DNA from: Candidatus Cloacimonadales bacterium
GTDB taxonomy: Bacteria > Cloacimonadota > Cloacimonadia > Cloacimonadales > JAIOQZ01
NCBI GenBank assembly: GCA_963674825.1
Contig: OY771587.1
Coordinates: forward strand, 1,504,001 to 1,568,000
Reading direction: 5' to 3'
Length of the DNA stretch: 64,000 bases
Below the pieces are notes generated by a model. It saw only the letters and a list, made by a program, of their open reading frames with translations. It did no database searches and was not told where the DNA came from. Positions 38,095 through 47,900 of the stretch are shown piece by piece (within the stretch, counting starts at the first letter, position 1; the number at the start of each line of letters is the position of its first letter). Position numbers and translations under genes: made by a program.

Positions 38095-38523
38095 CGAGTA
38101 GACTCCATGGAGAATTTCAACTGGTAATTACAGGAACCAGAACAACTCCCGTGCAACGGGTATAATTTATCGGGCTTTTCATCATAATTTCCGGTAACTG
38201 CTTTGATTATGTTTTCAATCGATGCTGGCAATGTCATTTACTATGATGAGCCAACACTTCTCTAATATGTGACCACATAGGCGACCTAGTACAGCATGTC
38301 AAGGAAATAATGGCTTCGACAAGGCTGCGGCTGCCCAGCTCGATTACCGTGACGCAAAGCACATTTTAGTATTCGCTTTCGATAAAATCTTGACAGAAAA
38401 GGAATAAGATAATAAATATAGGCAAATGATTAACTGGACGAAATCCTGTTAATTGTCCACAGGCAAGTAGATTGCCGTATATCATTATATAACATGACCA
38501 ATGATTGAATCAGCGGGGATATT

Positions 38524-40128
38524 ATGAAACGAATCAGCGTGCTTTTTCTTTTGATGACCCTATCACTTTGCTTCGCAGCGCAACCCGTTCTCGAGACCAT
38601 CTATTTCGGTGACTACGGCGAGATTTGCCGGGTGGTTCTCCAGTTTGACCAGAAGCCAGATTTTCGCATCGAACGAGACAACGCAGGGAAATTTGTTCGA
38701 GTCGGCCTGAACGGAGTACTGGCAGGCAGTGAAGTTCAAATGTCGCAAGACACCCCCGACAGCCGTGTTCTCGATCGCATAGAAGTGGTAGCAGGAGCTA
38801 ATGGACTGACCGTCACTATCCGTACCGATGGTTACGCACTTGCCAAAGAATCGTTGCTCCCTGGAAATCCGTACAAGATCGTGCTGGACATATATAACGT
38901 TAAGGTGCCATCCGCAATTCATGAACGGCTCAGTTTCGCCCGGTTTTACTACAAGACCGGCTTCCACAAACAAGCGATCGAGCAATACGAGATCATCGCT
39001 AAAGATGCACCAACTATGACCGGCATCCACTACTACTGGGGTATGATCCTGAAATCGCGCAAGAACACCAAAGGTGCACTCCAGCACTTCAACATGGTGA
39101 AAGACACTGCCTCCGAGTATGCTATGGCACAGGATGAGATCAAGAAGGTGGGCGGTAAAAACACTCCTAAACCTGAACCAAAAGCCACGGAAGAGAAGCC
39201 AAAAACAACCGCTGCAAAACCCGTCGCCGAACCTCCGCTTCCCGTCATGAACGACAACATCGATTCCCTCCTGGTGCAAGCCGCACATAAATCAGTAAAA
39301 GATCCCGACCGGCTGATGCTCGCCGGGATGGCCTATAAATTCGTCGCGGAAAACGTCACTAAAAGCCAGGACGACTACAAGACCGCGATCTCCCTGTTGA
39401 TGCACATCCCCGCAAAATCGGACTATAGCTTCGAGAAATACAAAGCCCTCGCAGAGCTCTACGCAGCAATCGGCGATGCCGAAAACGCAAAGCTTTTCGC
39501 TGGCCTGGCTACCGATACAGGTACACCAGTCGCAGCAAGTTCATCCGGTGGTTTCCTGCAAATCGAGCTCAAACTCTGGATCGCGCTGCTACTGATGCTT
39601 CTCTTCGGCATTATCGTATTCTTCCTTCTTATGATCTACTACCGCAACAAAACTTCTTCGGACGTATTCACCAACGAAGATTTCACTTACCACGAAGACC
39701 TGATAAAGAACGAGATTGAAGACGATAACGCCTCAGAAAATGAAAAAGAAAGCGACCTTGAGGACGAACCGTTTCCTGAAGTTTCGGAATCCGTAATGGA
39801 GCAGGTTCGGGAACCTGAAGATGAGCCCGAAGAACGAGAAAACGAAGCAAAGCTCTATTTCGGTGACGACGAACCAGCTTCACCCAAAGATGTTTTCATG
39901 GAAGAGACCGAGTTAACACAGGAAGAGGAACAAGAATTAATGGAAGACGAAGCTCCCGAAGAGGAAATCGATGGCCTTGACGGATCCGAACCTCGTATCG
40001 GCGATCAGGAATACATTCAGAAAATGATTCTCAAGCTTTCGCAAAATGGGTGGGATACGGAAGCGATCGCCAAGGAGCTGAAAATCTCGGTTCGCGAAGT
40101 GGAATTCGTCTTGAAAACAAACGAGTAG
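38524..40128 (+). CDS. Single-pass membrane protein: AMIN-like and TPR periplasmic part, acidic cytoplasmic linker, C-terminal HTH-like domain (DUF2802/DUF6115-like)
   Basis: Signal peptide; RVVLQFD...NPYKIVLDI (AMIN); TPR helices; TM LWIALLLMLLFGIIVFFLLMIYY; D/E-rich tract; GWDTEAIAKELKISVREVEFVL. Confidence 0.7.
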   Translation: MKRISVLFLLMTLSLCFAAQPVLETIYFGDYGEICRVVLQFDQKPDFRIERDNAGKFVRVGLNGVLAGSEVQMSQDTPDSRVLDRIEVVAGANGLTVTIRTDGYALAKESLLPGNPYKIVLDIYNVKVPSAIHERLSFARFYYKTGFHKQAIEQYEIIAKDAPTMTGIHYYWGMILKSRKNTKGALQHFNMVKDTASEYAMAQDEIKKVGGKNTPKPEPKATEEKPKTTAAKPVAEPPLPVMNDNIDSLLVQAAHKSVKDPDRLMLAGMAYKFVAENVTKSQDDYKTAISLLMHIPAKSDYSFEKYKALAELYAAIGDAENAKLFAGLATDTGTPVAASSSGGFLQIELKLWIALLLMLLFGIIVFFLLMIYYRNKTSSDVFTNEDFTYHEDLIKNEIEDDNASENEKESDLEDEPFPEVSESVMEQVREPEDEPEERENEAKLYFGDDEPASPKDVFMEETELTQEEEQELMEDEAPEEEIDGLDGSEPRIGDQEYIQKMILKLSQNGWDTEAIAKELKISVREVEFVLKTNE

Positions 40129-40137
40129 CATCCCGAC

Positions 40138-41103
40138 ATGATCCGTCGCATCTCCTCAACGCGAGCGACATCGCTGGCCAGTACGAACGTATCGCGACTG
40201 CGCTCCGTTTTACGCGTGGGCGATATCCTGCCGGCAAAGATCATCGACGGACTGGGAGAAGGTCGCTACATCGTCGAGGTTAAGGGACAGCAGGTGCTAG
40301 CCGAATCGCAGCTCAATCTCGACAACAAACGCCACTATATCCAGGTAGAAGCGCTCAAGCCCAAGATCAACCTCCGTCTCGTGTCGCTCAACAGCGGCGA
40401 TACCACGGAGCAGCTTATCGATTCCGCATCCAAATGGGGCATTCCGCTCAATATTTTTAACCAGTATGTGCTCGATCGCCTCTACCGAAGAAACCCAAAA
40501 CGAAGGAAAGATCCCTCCAAACTGCTCTCGTTCCTGCTCGAACTTTCATCCCTGCGCGAGACCGGAGACCTGATCGATTTCGACGACTGGATCGATATTC
40601 TCGACGAAATGGATGAAAGCGATATCCTGCTGCTTCTGGCACATCTACGTGGAGGTATTGAATCAGGAAAAGGAACATCGGATCTCCGTCAGCTCCCAGA
40701 AGAAATAATCTACCTGCTCTATCAGTTATCGGGAAGCGACGACGACAATGTTCTTTCATTCGTGAACCGCTTGCTGGAAAAGAAAAACAAGCGTATCTAC
40801 GGCTGGATGTTCCCTTCCGGACCGGTTACGATCGAAAAAGCGATCAGCAGTGAAAGCGGCTCCATCGTTTATCAGATGAACTACAAATCGAAGATGCTGG
40901 ATCGCATCCGGATTAGGCTGACGTGCCTGGGTCGCGAAAAAGCGTTGACACTCGGTTTCACCAATAGTATTGTATCTGGAGAATTCCAGAAGCGAATCGA
41001 AGCGATCAGACCTCTACTGACGGACATCTCTATGATCCGTACAGAAATCCTGACCGTGCAGATTCCATCCTACCTGATGGATGGAGGGAGTTTCTACCTT
41101 TGA
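40138..41103 (+). CDS. Hypothetical protein, FliK-like
   Basis: N-terminal LRVGDILPAKII...GRYIVEVKGQQVLAES and C-terminal LDRIRIRL...LTLGF beta region resemble FliK-like proteins; remote similarity judged by eye. Confidence 0.5.
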   Translation: MIRRISSTRATSLASTNVSRLRSVLRVGDILPAKIIDGLGEGRYIVEVKGQQVLAESQLNLDNKRHYIQVEALKPKINLRLVSLNSGDTTEQLIDSASKWGIPLNIFNQYVLDRLYRRNPKRRKDPSKLLSFLLELSSLRETGDLIDFDDWIDILDEMDESDILLLLAHLRGGIESGKGTSDLRQLPEEIIYLLYQLSGSDDDNVLSFVNRLLEKKNKRIYGWMFPSGPVTIEKAISSESGSIVYQMNYKSKMLDRIRIRLTCLGREKALTLGFTNSIVSGEFQKRIEAIRPLLTDISMIRTEILTVQIPSYLMDGGSFYL

Positions 41104-41237
41104 CGCAACAAAATCAGCTTGATATCGAGCTTAAAATACGAGAAAAAGAAGAAGTCGAGAAGTTTCCGCTTGCCGATTTCCAGGTCTTGCTGCGTATGTG
41201 GAACTATATTCGCGATCTGGACGAAGAGATATCATGA
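41100..41237 (+). CDS. 45-aa ORF resembling the C-terminal end of FlhB-C/YlqH-like proteins (absent from the ORF track)
   Basis: TTG start overlaps the upstream stop (TTGA), preceded by GGAGGGAG; stop overlaps the next ATG (ATGA); MTQQNQLDIELKIREKEEVEKFPLADFQVLLRMWNYIRDLDEEIS. Confidence 0.65.
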   Translation: MTQQNQLDIELKIREKEEVEKFPLADFQVLLRMWNYIRDLDEEIS

Positions 41238-42094
41238 CAGAGAAAAATCAACAAGAAAACCGGGACATCCTGCTGGACCTCATCGAACTGATTCAGCACT
41301 TTGAATATGAACGTCGTGAAGAAATTTACGAGAAGATATTCGACATGCTGAACCAGCTCATGCCGCATAAATACGCCACCATTTTCCTGCTGGATCCGGA
41401 TGCTAAAAAAATCCAGCTTGTCGCGCAGCGCGGCAAAGCGATCGACTTGATCCGGCTGGTCGAATTCGAATTCGGGCGCGGCTTTTCGGCTTGGATCGCC
41501 AAAGAGCGCAAGACAGTATATCTGAACAATCTCCACAAGGAGAAGCTATACCAGTCGAACACCATGCGGACATTCCTCTCCATGCCGCTGCTGCTTGAAA
41601 ACGATCTGGTGGGTGTCATCAATTTCGGAGCTGACGAGGCTGACGCCTTCGATCAGGGAATATTCCCCCGGCTTAAAATCCTGACATCCCTTCTTGCAGG
41701 GCTGCTTTCTCGCAATCGTCTTATCGACCAACTACGAGCCCAGAATCACAGAATCATGGAGATGAACCGGCAACTCAAGGATACCAGAGAGAAGCTTCTC
41801 GAAGCCGAACGCAAGGCAGCGATTTCCGCTACGGTGGTGAGCCTCAACCACGAAATCAACAATCCGCTCATGATTATCAGCGGAAACCTCGACCTGCTGC
41901 GAAGAGAAGCTTGCGACGCCCGTCAGAAAGCGAAACTCGACATCATCGATAAACAACTCGACCGCATCACATTTTTGATGAAGAAACTTCACAAGATCGA
42001 ACAGCCCCTGCTGGTGGATTACCTTGAAGGGGAGTCGGACAAGATGATAACCTTTGATCACGATGTTAGGGAGAACGACCATGAAGATGAATAA
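41234..42094 (+). CDS. GAF domain plus HisKA phosphoacceptor protein lacking a HATPase domain
   Basis: GAF (GRGFSAWIA...FLSMPLL...VGVINF), coiled coil, H-box LNHEINNPL; ends without N/G boxes. Start placed at ATG 41234. Confidence 0.8.
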   Translation: MTEKNQQENRDILLDLIELIQHFEYERREEIYEKIFDMLNQLMPHKYATIFLLDPDAKKIQLVAQRGKAIDLIRLVEFEFGRGFSAWIAKERKTVYLNNLHKEKLYQSNTMRTFLSMPLLLENDLVGVINFGADEADAFDQGIFPRLKILTSLLAGLLSRNRLIDQLRAQNHRIMEMNRQLKDTREKLLEAERKAAISATVVSLNHEINNPLMIISGNLDLLRREACDARQKAKLDIIDKQLDRITFLMKKLHKIEQPLLVDYLEGESDKMITFDHDVRENDHEDE

Positions 42095-42479
42095 GCGCGA
42101 ATACCGGAGAGTCGCAGCCAATGTCAATATCCGCTTCAGCGGCAGGCAGCACGGAAAACCGCTGGATAAACCATCGATCGAATACATGGAGGGAATCGCC
42201 CAGAACTTTGGCCCTCACGGCATATTTGTCGAAACGGACGAACCCTTCCCGAAAGGCAGCATGGTGATCCTCGACTTCGATTTGATGAACGACGACCGGG
42301 AGATTGAGAATATTCGCGCCAAAGCGCTGGTTAAATGGGTGCAAAAATGGCAGAAACCACACGGTATGGGGCTGCTGCTCGTTGAATTCGAGGGCGTTTC
42401 CCAACGAGGCTTTGCCAAATGGATTACCCAACTTTACGAGAGAGAAGAAGAGGCCGGGAACTCTGTCTTCCACGAATAG
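42081..42479 (+). CDS. PilZ domain protein
   Basis: REYRR (RxxxR), NFGPHGIFV (variant of D/NxSxxG), VKWV...GMGL; ATG 42081 after GGGAG. Confidence 0.85.
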   Translation: MKMNKREYRRVAANVNIRFSGRQHGKPLDKPSIEYMEGIAQNFGPHGIFVETDEPFPKGSMVILDFDLMNDDREIENIRAKALVKWVQKWQKPHGMGLLLVEFEGVSQRGFAKWITQLYEREEEAGNSVFHE

Positions 42480-42503
42480 AAACAACATAGTACAGGAGAT
42501 ATA

Positions 42504-42959
42504 ATGAGATTTATCGTAATCGCGATGATTATCGCTGTCCTGATGGCATGTTCGGCGAACACGTCACAGAAGGAAGAACCGAAAACAAGCAAGGGAGATG
42601 AAAAAGCTATGGAACAAGAATACATCACAACCGATTCAGGATTACAATACATGGTTATCCAGGAAGGCGAAGGAACACCGGCGCAGCCAGGCGATATGGT
42701 CGAAGTTCATTACACCGGATGGCTCATGGACGGAACGAAATTCGACAGTTCGGTCGATCGCGGTCAGCCGTTCGCGTTCAAGCTTGGCATCGGCCAGGTA
42801 ATCAAGGGCTGGGATGAAGGCGTTGCCGGCATGAAGCCGGGCGAAAAGCGCATGCTGATCCTCAAGCCCGAACTTGCATACGGAAAGCGTGGTGCCGGCA
42901 GGGTTATCCCACCGAACGCCACCCTCAAGTTCGAAGTTGAATTCATCCGGGTAAAATAA
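42504..42959 (+). CDS. FKBP-type peptidyl-prolyl isomerase, lipoprotein
   Basis: Lipobox LMAC; VHYTGWL, FDSS, VIKGWDEG, LAYG, IPPNATLKFEVE. Confidence 0.95.
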   Translation: MRFIVIAMIIAVLMACSANTSQKEEPKTSKGDEKAMEQEYITTDSGLQYMVIQEGEGTPAQPGDMVEVHYTGWLMDGTKFDSSVDRGQPFAFKLGIGQVIKGWDEGVAGMKPGEKRMLILKPELAYGKRGAGRVIPPNATLKFEVEFIRVK

Positions 42960-42963
42960 CCCT

Positions 42964-43203
42964 ATGCTGAAAGCCCTTCTCGGTATCCTGTTGTCACTCG
43001 CGGCAGGTGGCGTTATCGGATACCTCTATTACCGGTTCATCGGTTGCCGCACAGGTGGCTGCCCGATCACCTCAAACGTCTGGTCAGTCGTTGTTTTTGG
43101 AGCCATCATGGGCTACCTGCTGCTCTATCCGGTGTGGCAGAAGTACGTCCTGAAACCACAAAAGGAGATCACGCATGAATCCAATTCTTCGCAAACACGC
43201 TGA
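42964..43203 (+). CDS. Small membrane protein, DUF6132-like
   Basis: GYLYYRFIGCRTGGCPITS motif between two hydrophobic helices. Confidence 0.7.
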   Translation: MLKALLGILLSLAAGGVIGYLYYRFIGCRTGGCPITSNVWSVVVFGAIMGYLLLYPVWQKYVLKPQKEITHESNSSQTR

Positions 43204-44275
43204 AGTTTTACTTAAATATTCCATCGACCTCAAGAAGGGCGAATCGATACTCATCACCGGCGAGGTGGCGACGCTACCGTTGATTCGAGAATGCTACGCT
43301 GTCGCGCTCGAACTTGGCGGACATCCCACCACCATGCTGGGCGATCCCACGATCAGCGAACTCTCGCTCAAGCTTTCCAGCGAAGAACAGATGAAGTTCA
43401 TCCAGCCTCACATCATGACGCTTTACGAAAAGGTCGATGCAATCCTCACCATCATGGGAACATCAAACACTCGCAACATGAGTAACATCCCCGCAGAACG
43501 TATTCGGCTCTCCACGCAGTCACGCGGACCGCTTACCAAGATCTATTTCGAGCGGATGAGAACCGGCTCCATGCGTTGGTGCGGAACCCTCTTCCCCACG
43601 CTCGGAAACGCGCAGGAAGCCAGCATGTCCATCAACGACTACGAGGATTTCGTGTTCAACGCCTGCAAGCTTCTCGATGATGATCCAATCCAGCGCTGGA
43701 AGGAAGTCGATGAACAGCAGGAACGCATCTGCAAGATCATGGACGCTAAAAAGACGTTGCACATCAAATCGAAGGATACCGATCTGCGCATGCGCATCGA
43801 TGGACGGAAATGGGTCAATTGCAGCGGACGAGTAAATTTCCCCGACGGCGAAGTCTTTACCGGACCTATCGAGGACAGTGTGGAAGGACACATCCGGTTC
43901 AGCTTCCCGGGAATATTCGGTGGACGCGCGATCGAGGATATCCAGCTCACGTTCGAGAAAGGTAAGGTTGTCAAAGCTACCGCGGCGCAGGGTGAAGACC
44001 TGCTTCTCCAGCTTCTGGACACCGATCCGGGCGCACGCTTCGTGGGTGAAATCGCGGTGGGCACCAACTACAACATCCAGCGCTTCACGCGCAATATGCT
44101 GTTCGACGAGAAGATCGGCGGTACTGTACATCTGGCCGTTGGACGCTCCATCCCGCAATCGTTGGGCAAGAACGAATCATCCATCCACTGGGATATGCTG
44201 TGCGACATGAAAGACGGCGGTGAAATCTACGCCGACGACGAATTGATCTACAAGGACGGAAAATTCCTTATCTGA
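43175..44275 (+). CDS. M29 family aminopeptidase (AmpS/PepS/AmpT-like)
   Basis: NFPDGEVFTGP, GEIAVG, LFDEKIGGTVHLAVG, SSIHWDM. Confidence 0.93.
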   Translation: MNPILRKHAEVLLKYSIDLKKGESILITGEVATLPLIRECYAVALELGGHPTTMLGDPTISELSLKLSSEEQMKFIQPHIMTLYEKVDAILTIMGTSNTRNMSNIPAERIRLSTQSRGPLTKIYFERMRTGSMRWCGTLFPTLGNAQEASMSINDYEDFVFNACKLLDDDPIQRWKEVDEQQERICKIMDAKKTLHIKSKDTDLRMRIDGRKWVNCSGRVNFPDGEVFTGPIEDSVEGHIRFSFPGIFGGRAIEDIQLTFEKGKVVKATAAQGEDLLLQLLDTDPGARFVGEIAVGTNYNIQRFTRNMLFDEKIGGTVHLAVGRSIPQSLGKNESSIHWDMLCDMKDGGEIYADDELIYKDGKFLI

Positions 44276-44307
44276 CAGGAATTGAGTTAGTGATCTATAT
44301 CGCTTCG

Positions 44308-44337
44308 GGGCAGGTCATCGCACCTGCCCATTTTTTT
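44308..44337 (+). terminator. Intrinsic terminator after the aminopeptidase gene
   Basis: GGGCAGGT-6 nt-ACCTGCCC-A-T7. Confidence 0.85.
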
Positions 44338-44339
44338 AA

Positions 44340-44687
44340 TTACCGCATCAGCACATACGTTACGACACCTAGAGCGACCATCACTGCCAGTATCACGACG
44401 ACTATGATTTTAAACTTTCGCTGTTGCGGTGACAATTCGCTCCATCTGGGAGCATCCTTCCACTTCTTACGGTTCACAATTCCGACGATCATATAGATCA
44501 ATCCGAGCACCATCAGCGGGTAATTTGTACTGGGGATTCCCACGACCATGATCGCGATACCGATAATGAAAAGGCTACGGAAGTTAGGCGTTTCTCTATA
44601 GCCTTTTAAACGCATTACAACAAGTGCAATAATTACTCCGACAAGCATAACTGCCGCGAGAATCATGAGAATCAAGGATACTGACAT
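44340..44687 (-). CDS. Small membrane protein (about four TMs)
   Basis: ATG 44687 (MSVSLILM) with AGGAGA RBS; hydrophobic helices. The track's 5' extension to 44888 is probably not translated. Confidence 0.7.
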   Translation of the reverse strand: MSVSLILMILAAVMLVGVIIALVVMRLKGYRETPNFRSLFIIGIAIMVVGIPSTNYPLMVLGLIYMIVGIVNRKKWKDAPRWSELSPQQRKFKIIVVVILAVMVALGVVTYVLMR

Positions 44688-44903
44688 CGTTCTCTCCTGT
44701 AAGTGTGATCGTGACCACATCAATGCATCTCCGCTCGAATATGTCAAAATATAAATTCCATGCGCACAAAAATACCGGACAAGCACGCGTAATTGTATCC
44801 GCTTGAAAATTATAGCAGAAATTAATTGACTGTCATTCGATTTGAATCCAAAATAGAAAAAAGAACTATGATCCTGATAAATATCCAACCACTGGAGGTT
44901 ATC

Positions 44904-47900
44904 ATGCGCCTTAAATCAGGGTATTTTCCTGCTTTATTCACCATCCTGTTACTATCAATCGTCTCGCTATCGGCAGTTGAACACTCAGGCACCATCGGTA
45001 CGGAAACCTGGATGGGAAGTTACACACACTACATCACAGGAACCGTAACTGTCCCCGACGGTGAAACCCTGACCATCGAGCCAGGCGCGACCATTCGATT
45101 CTCACCCAGCACGTCACTGATCGTCTATGGAAAACTGGTGGCTGACGGTACATCTGTCGGAGAAATCCTTTTCTCATCGGGGCAGACACCCGCTCAGGCA
45201 GGCGATTGGGGACAGATCAGCTTTCTTAGCTGTGATCCCGGAACCGTACTCGATCATTGCATTGTCGAATACGGCGGAAACGGCAGCGGAATGCTCTATA
45301 TCCATAACTGCGGCGAGAATATCTCGATTACCAATAGCTCGTTCAATCACGCGAACGGTAGCGGCGCTTTTATACATGATCAGAGCACCGCACCATCGGA
45401 ACCATCGTTTATAAGCTGTAGTTTCGCCAGCAACAGCGTCCACGGACTTGATGCCGGCAGCAACCTTTCCCTTCCGTATGTACAGAATTGTTCTTTCACA
45501 TCGAATCTGCAATACGGAATGTCCGTCTTTACCGGAGGACTCAGTCGCGTCTCAGGTAGCATCAATATGTCATCGAATGGCACCAATGCTATATACGCAC
45601 GAGCGAGTGACGTGGGCACCGGAACATGGTACAACGTTGGTGTACCATGTTATCTCAGCGGTAATTTCAATGTAATAGATGGAAGTACACTCACCATCCA
45701 GGCCGGAAGTGATTTAAGATTCACTGGCAATTACTACATGATGATTTACGGTAAGCTGATAGCGAACGGTACATCCGGCAATCATATCGTATTCACTTCA
45801 GCGGATACGACACCAGGAGCCGGAGACTGGCAATACATCTATTTCAACGGATCCGATCCGGGATCTGTCCTTAACTGGTGCGATTTCTCATACGGCGGCC
45901 ACTCGAACGGGACGATCTATTTCCACAACAACAATACGGATGTGACGGTCTCAAACTGTACTATTACCAATAGCGGGAACGCCGGCATTGCACTAAACGA
46001 CTATAGCACGAACCCATCTACGCCAATCATCACAAACACAACCATAAGTAATTGCGGTGGTGCTGGAATCGACTGTTCCGGCGGCATGTCTCTGCCCTGG
46101 GTTGCAGATTGCGCATTCAACAACAACGGTAGCTATGCTATGAAGTTGTTTTCTACAGGGTTAAACCGCATCACCGGTACTAACACTGGTACAGGAAATA
46201 ATCCTCAGGCTATTCTGGCGATGGGTGGCGACGTGACAACCGGAACCTGGCACAATTTCTTCCTGCCCTTCTATTTTAGTAACGCAACGATCGTAGCTGA
46301 TGGCGAAACACTGACCATTGAACCCGGGACACAAATGCGTTTCACAAACGGTGCAAGCCTGAAAATCGATGGCGCACTGGTCGCGGATGGAACTGAAAGC
46401 GAACACATTACTTTCACTTCAGCAAGTACGACACCCGCTCCAGGCGACTGGCAATACATATATTTCTACCGCGCTGATGCAGGAACATCCCTTTCCTGGT
46501 GTGACATCATGTACGGCGGATCGTCTAACGGAAACCTCAACATCAATGGATGCCCGAACAACATGACCGTCACAAACTGCACCATAACCAACAGTGCTCA
46601 ACATGGCGTTTATATCAACGACTATTACGAATCGCAGTCCAATGTCAGCTTCACGAACTGCGAGTTCAACAATAACACCCTGATGGGACTCGATACCAGC
46701 AGCGGCGTATCACAGCCATATATCACCGATTGCTCGTTCCATAACAACGGCTCTTATGCAGCGCGCGTCTGGGCGACTTATAACAGCAGAGTTACCGGCA
46801 CAATCGACATGAGCGGAAATAACCCCGACGGTATAAACCTCATTGGCGGGGCAGTCGACACCAGCACCTGGCATAACTTCGGCTACCCTTATTACATGGG
46901 CGGTTCTGTGACTGTGAACGACGGCCAGACACTTACCATTGAGGAGGGTTCCGAGTTCCTGTTTACCGGAAACTACAACCTGACAATAGAAGGCTGCCTA
47001 ATTGCAGATGGTACACCAGAAGAGCACATCGTGTTTACTTCCGCACAAGCAACGCCGTCACCGGGTGACTGGACTTATATCTATTTCCATCATACGGACG
47101 CGGGAGCACTTCTCGATTACTGTGATATATCCTATAGCGGTAACAGCTACGGAAGCGTGTTTGTAAACGGAAGCCCTAATGCTTTCACGATCTCGAATTG
47201 TACTGTAACAAACAGTGGTCAAGACGGTATATACCTGTATGACTACTACGAATCCTCTTCGGTTCCGTCGATCTCGAACTGCGAATTTTCCAATAACACC
47301 GGGCAGGGACTCAACGCTGGGGGCGGTGTTTCCTTCCCCACGATAGACAATTGCTCCTTTCTGAATAATGGTTCCTATGCCATGACTCTCTGGGGTAACA
47401 GCGTGCATCTAATGTCGGATACGCAGACGATCAGTGGAAACAGCCCCAATGGCATCAACGTATTGGGAGCCTCCATCGGGACCTGCACATGGTACAATCA
47501 CGACGCGCCTTATTATATTGGCGGCAGCCTTACCGTTTCCAACGCAGCAACTCTCACACTCGAACCCGGCGTGGAATTCCTCTTCAACGGAAACTACGAT
47601 CTTCGTATCGATGGCGCACTAATCGCAGATGGAACACCCGAGGAACACATTGTGTTCACTTCCGCTCAGGAAACGCCTACTCCCGGCTTCTGGCGATTCA
47701 TGTACTTCTATCAGGCAGATGAAGGTACGATGCTCGATTATTGCGACATTTCCTATGGTGGTTCCAGCTCAGGACTTGTCTATATACACAACGGACCGAA
47801 TAACTTCCCGATAACAAACTGCACGATCACCAACAGCGCTACCACAGGCGTTCGTATCAGCGACTATTACACCGCATGGTCGTACCCGACTTTCGAGAAC

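Noticed and set aside
31350..38500. Horizontally acquired island (AT-rich intergenic stretches)
   Set aside because: No integrase, tRNA or flanking direct repeats, and I cannot quantify a compositional shift by eye.
41119..41304. 61-aa track ORF MISSLKYEKKKK...
   Set aside because: The alternative frame 41100..41237 has an RBS and exact overlaps with both neighbours.
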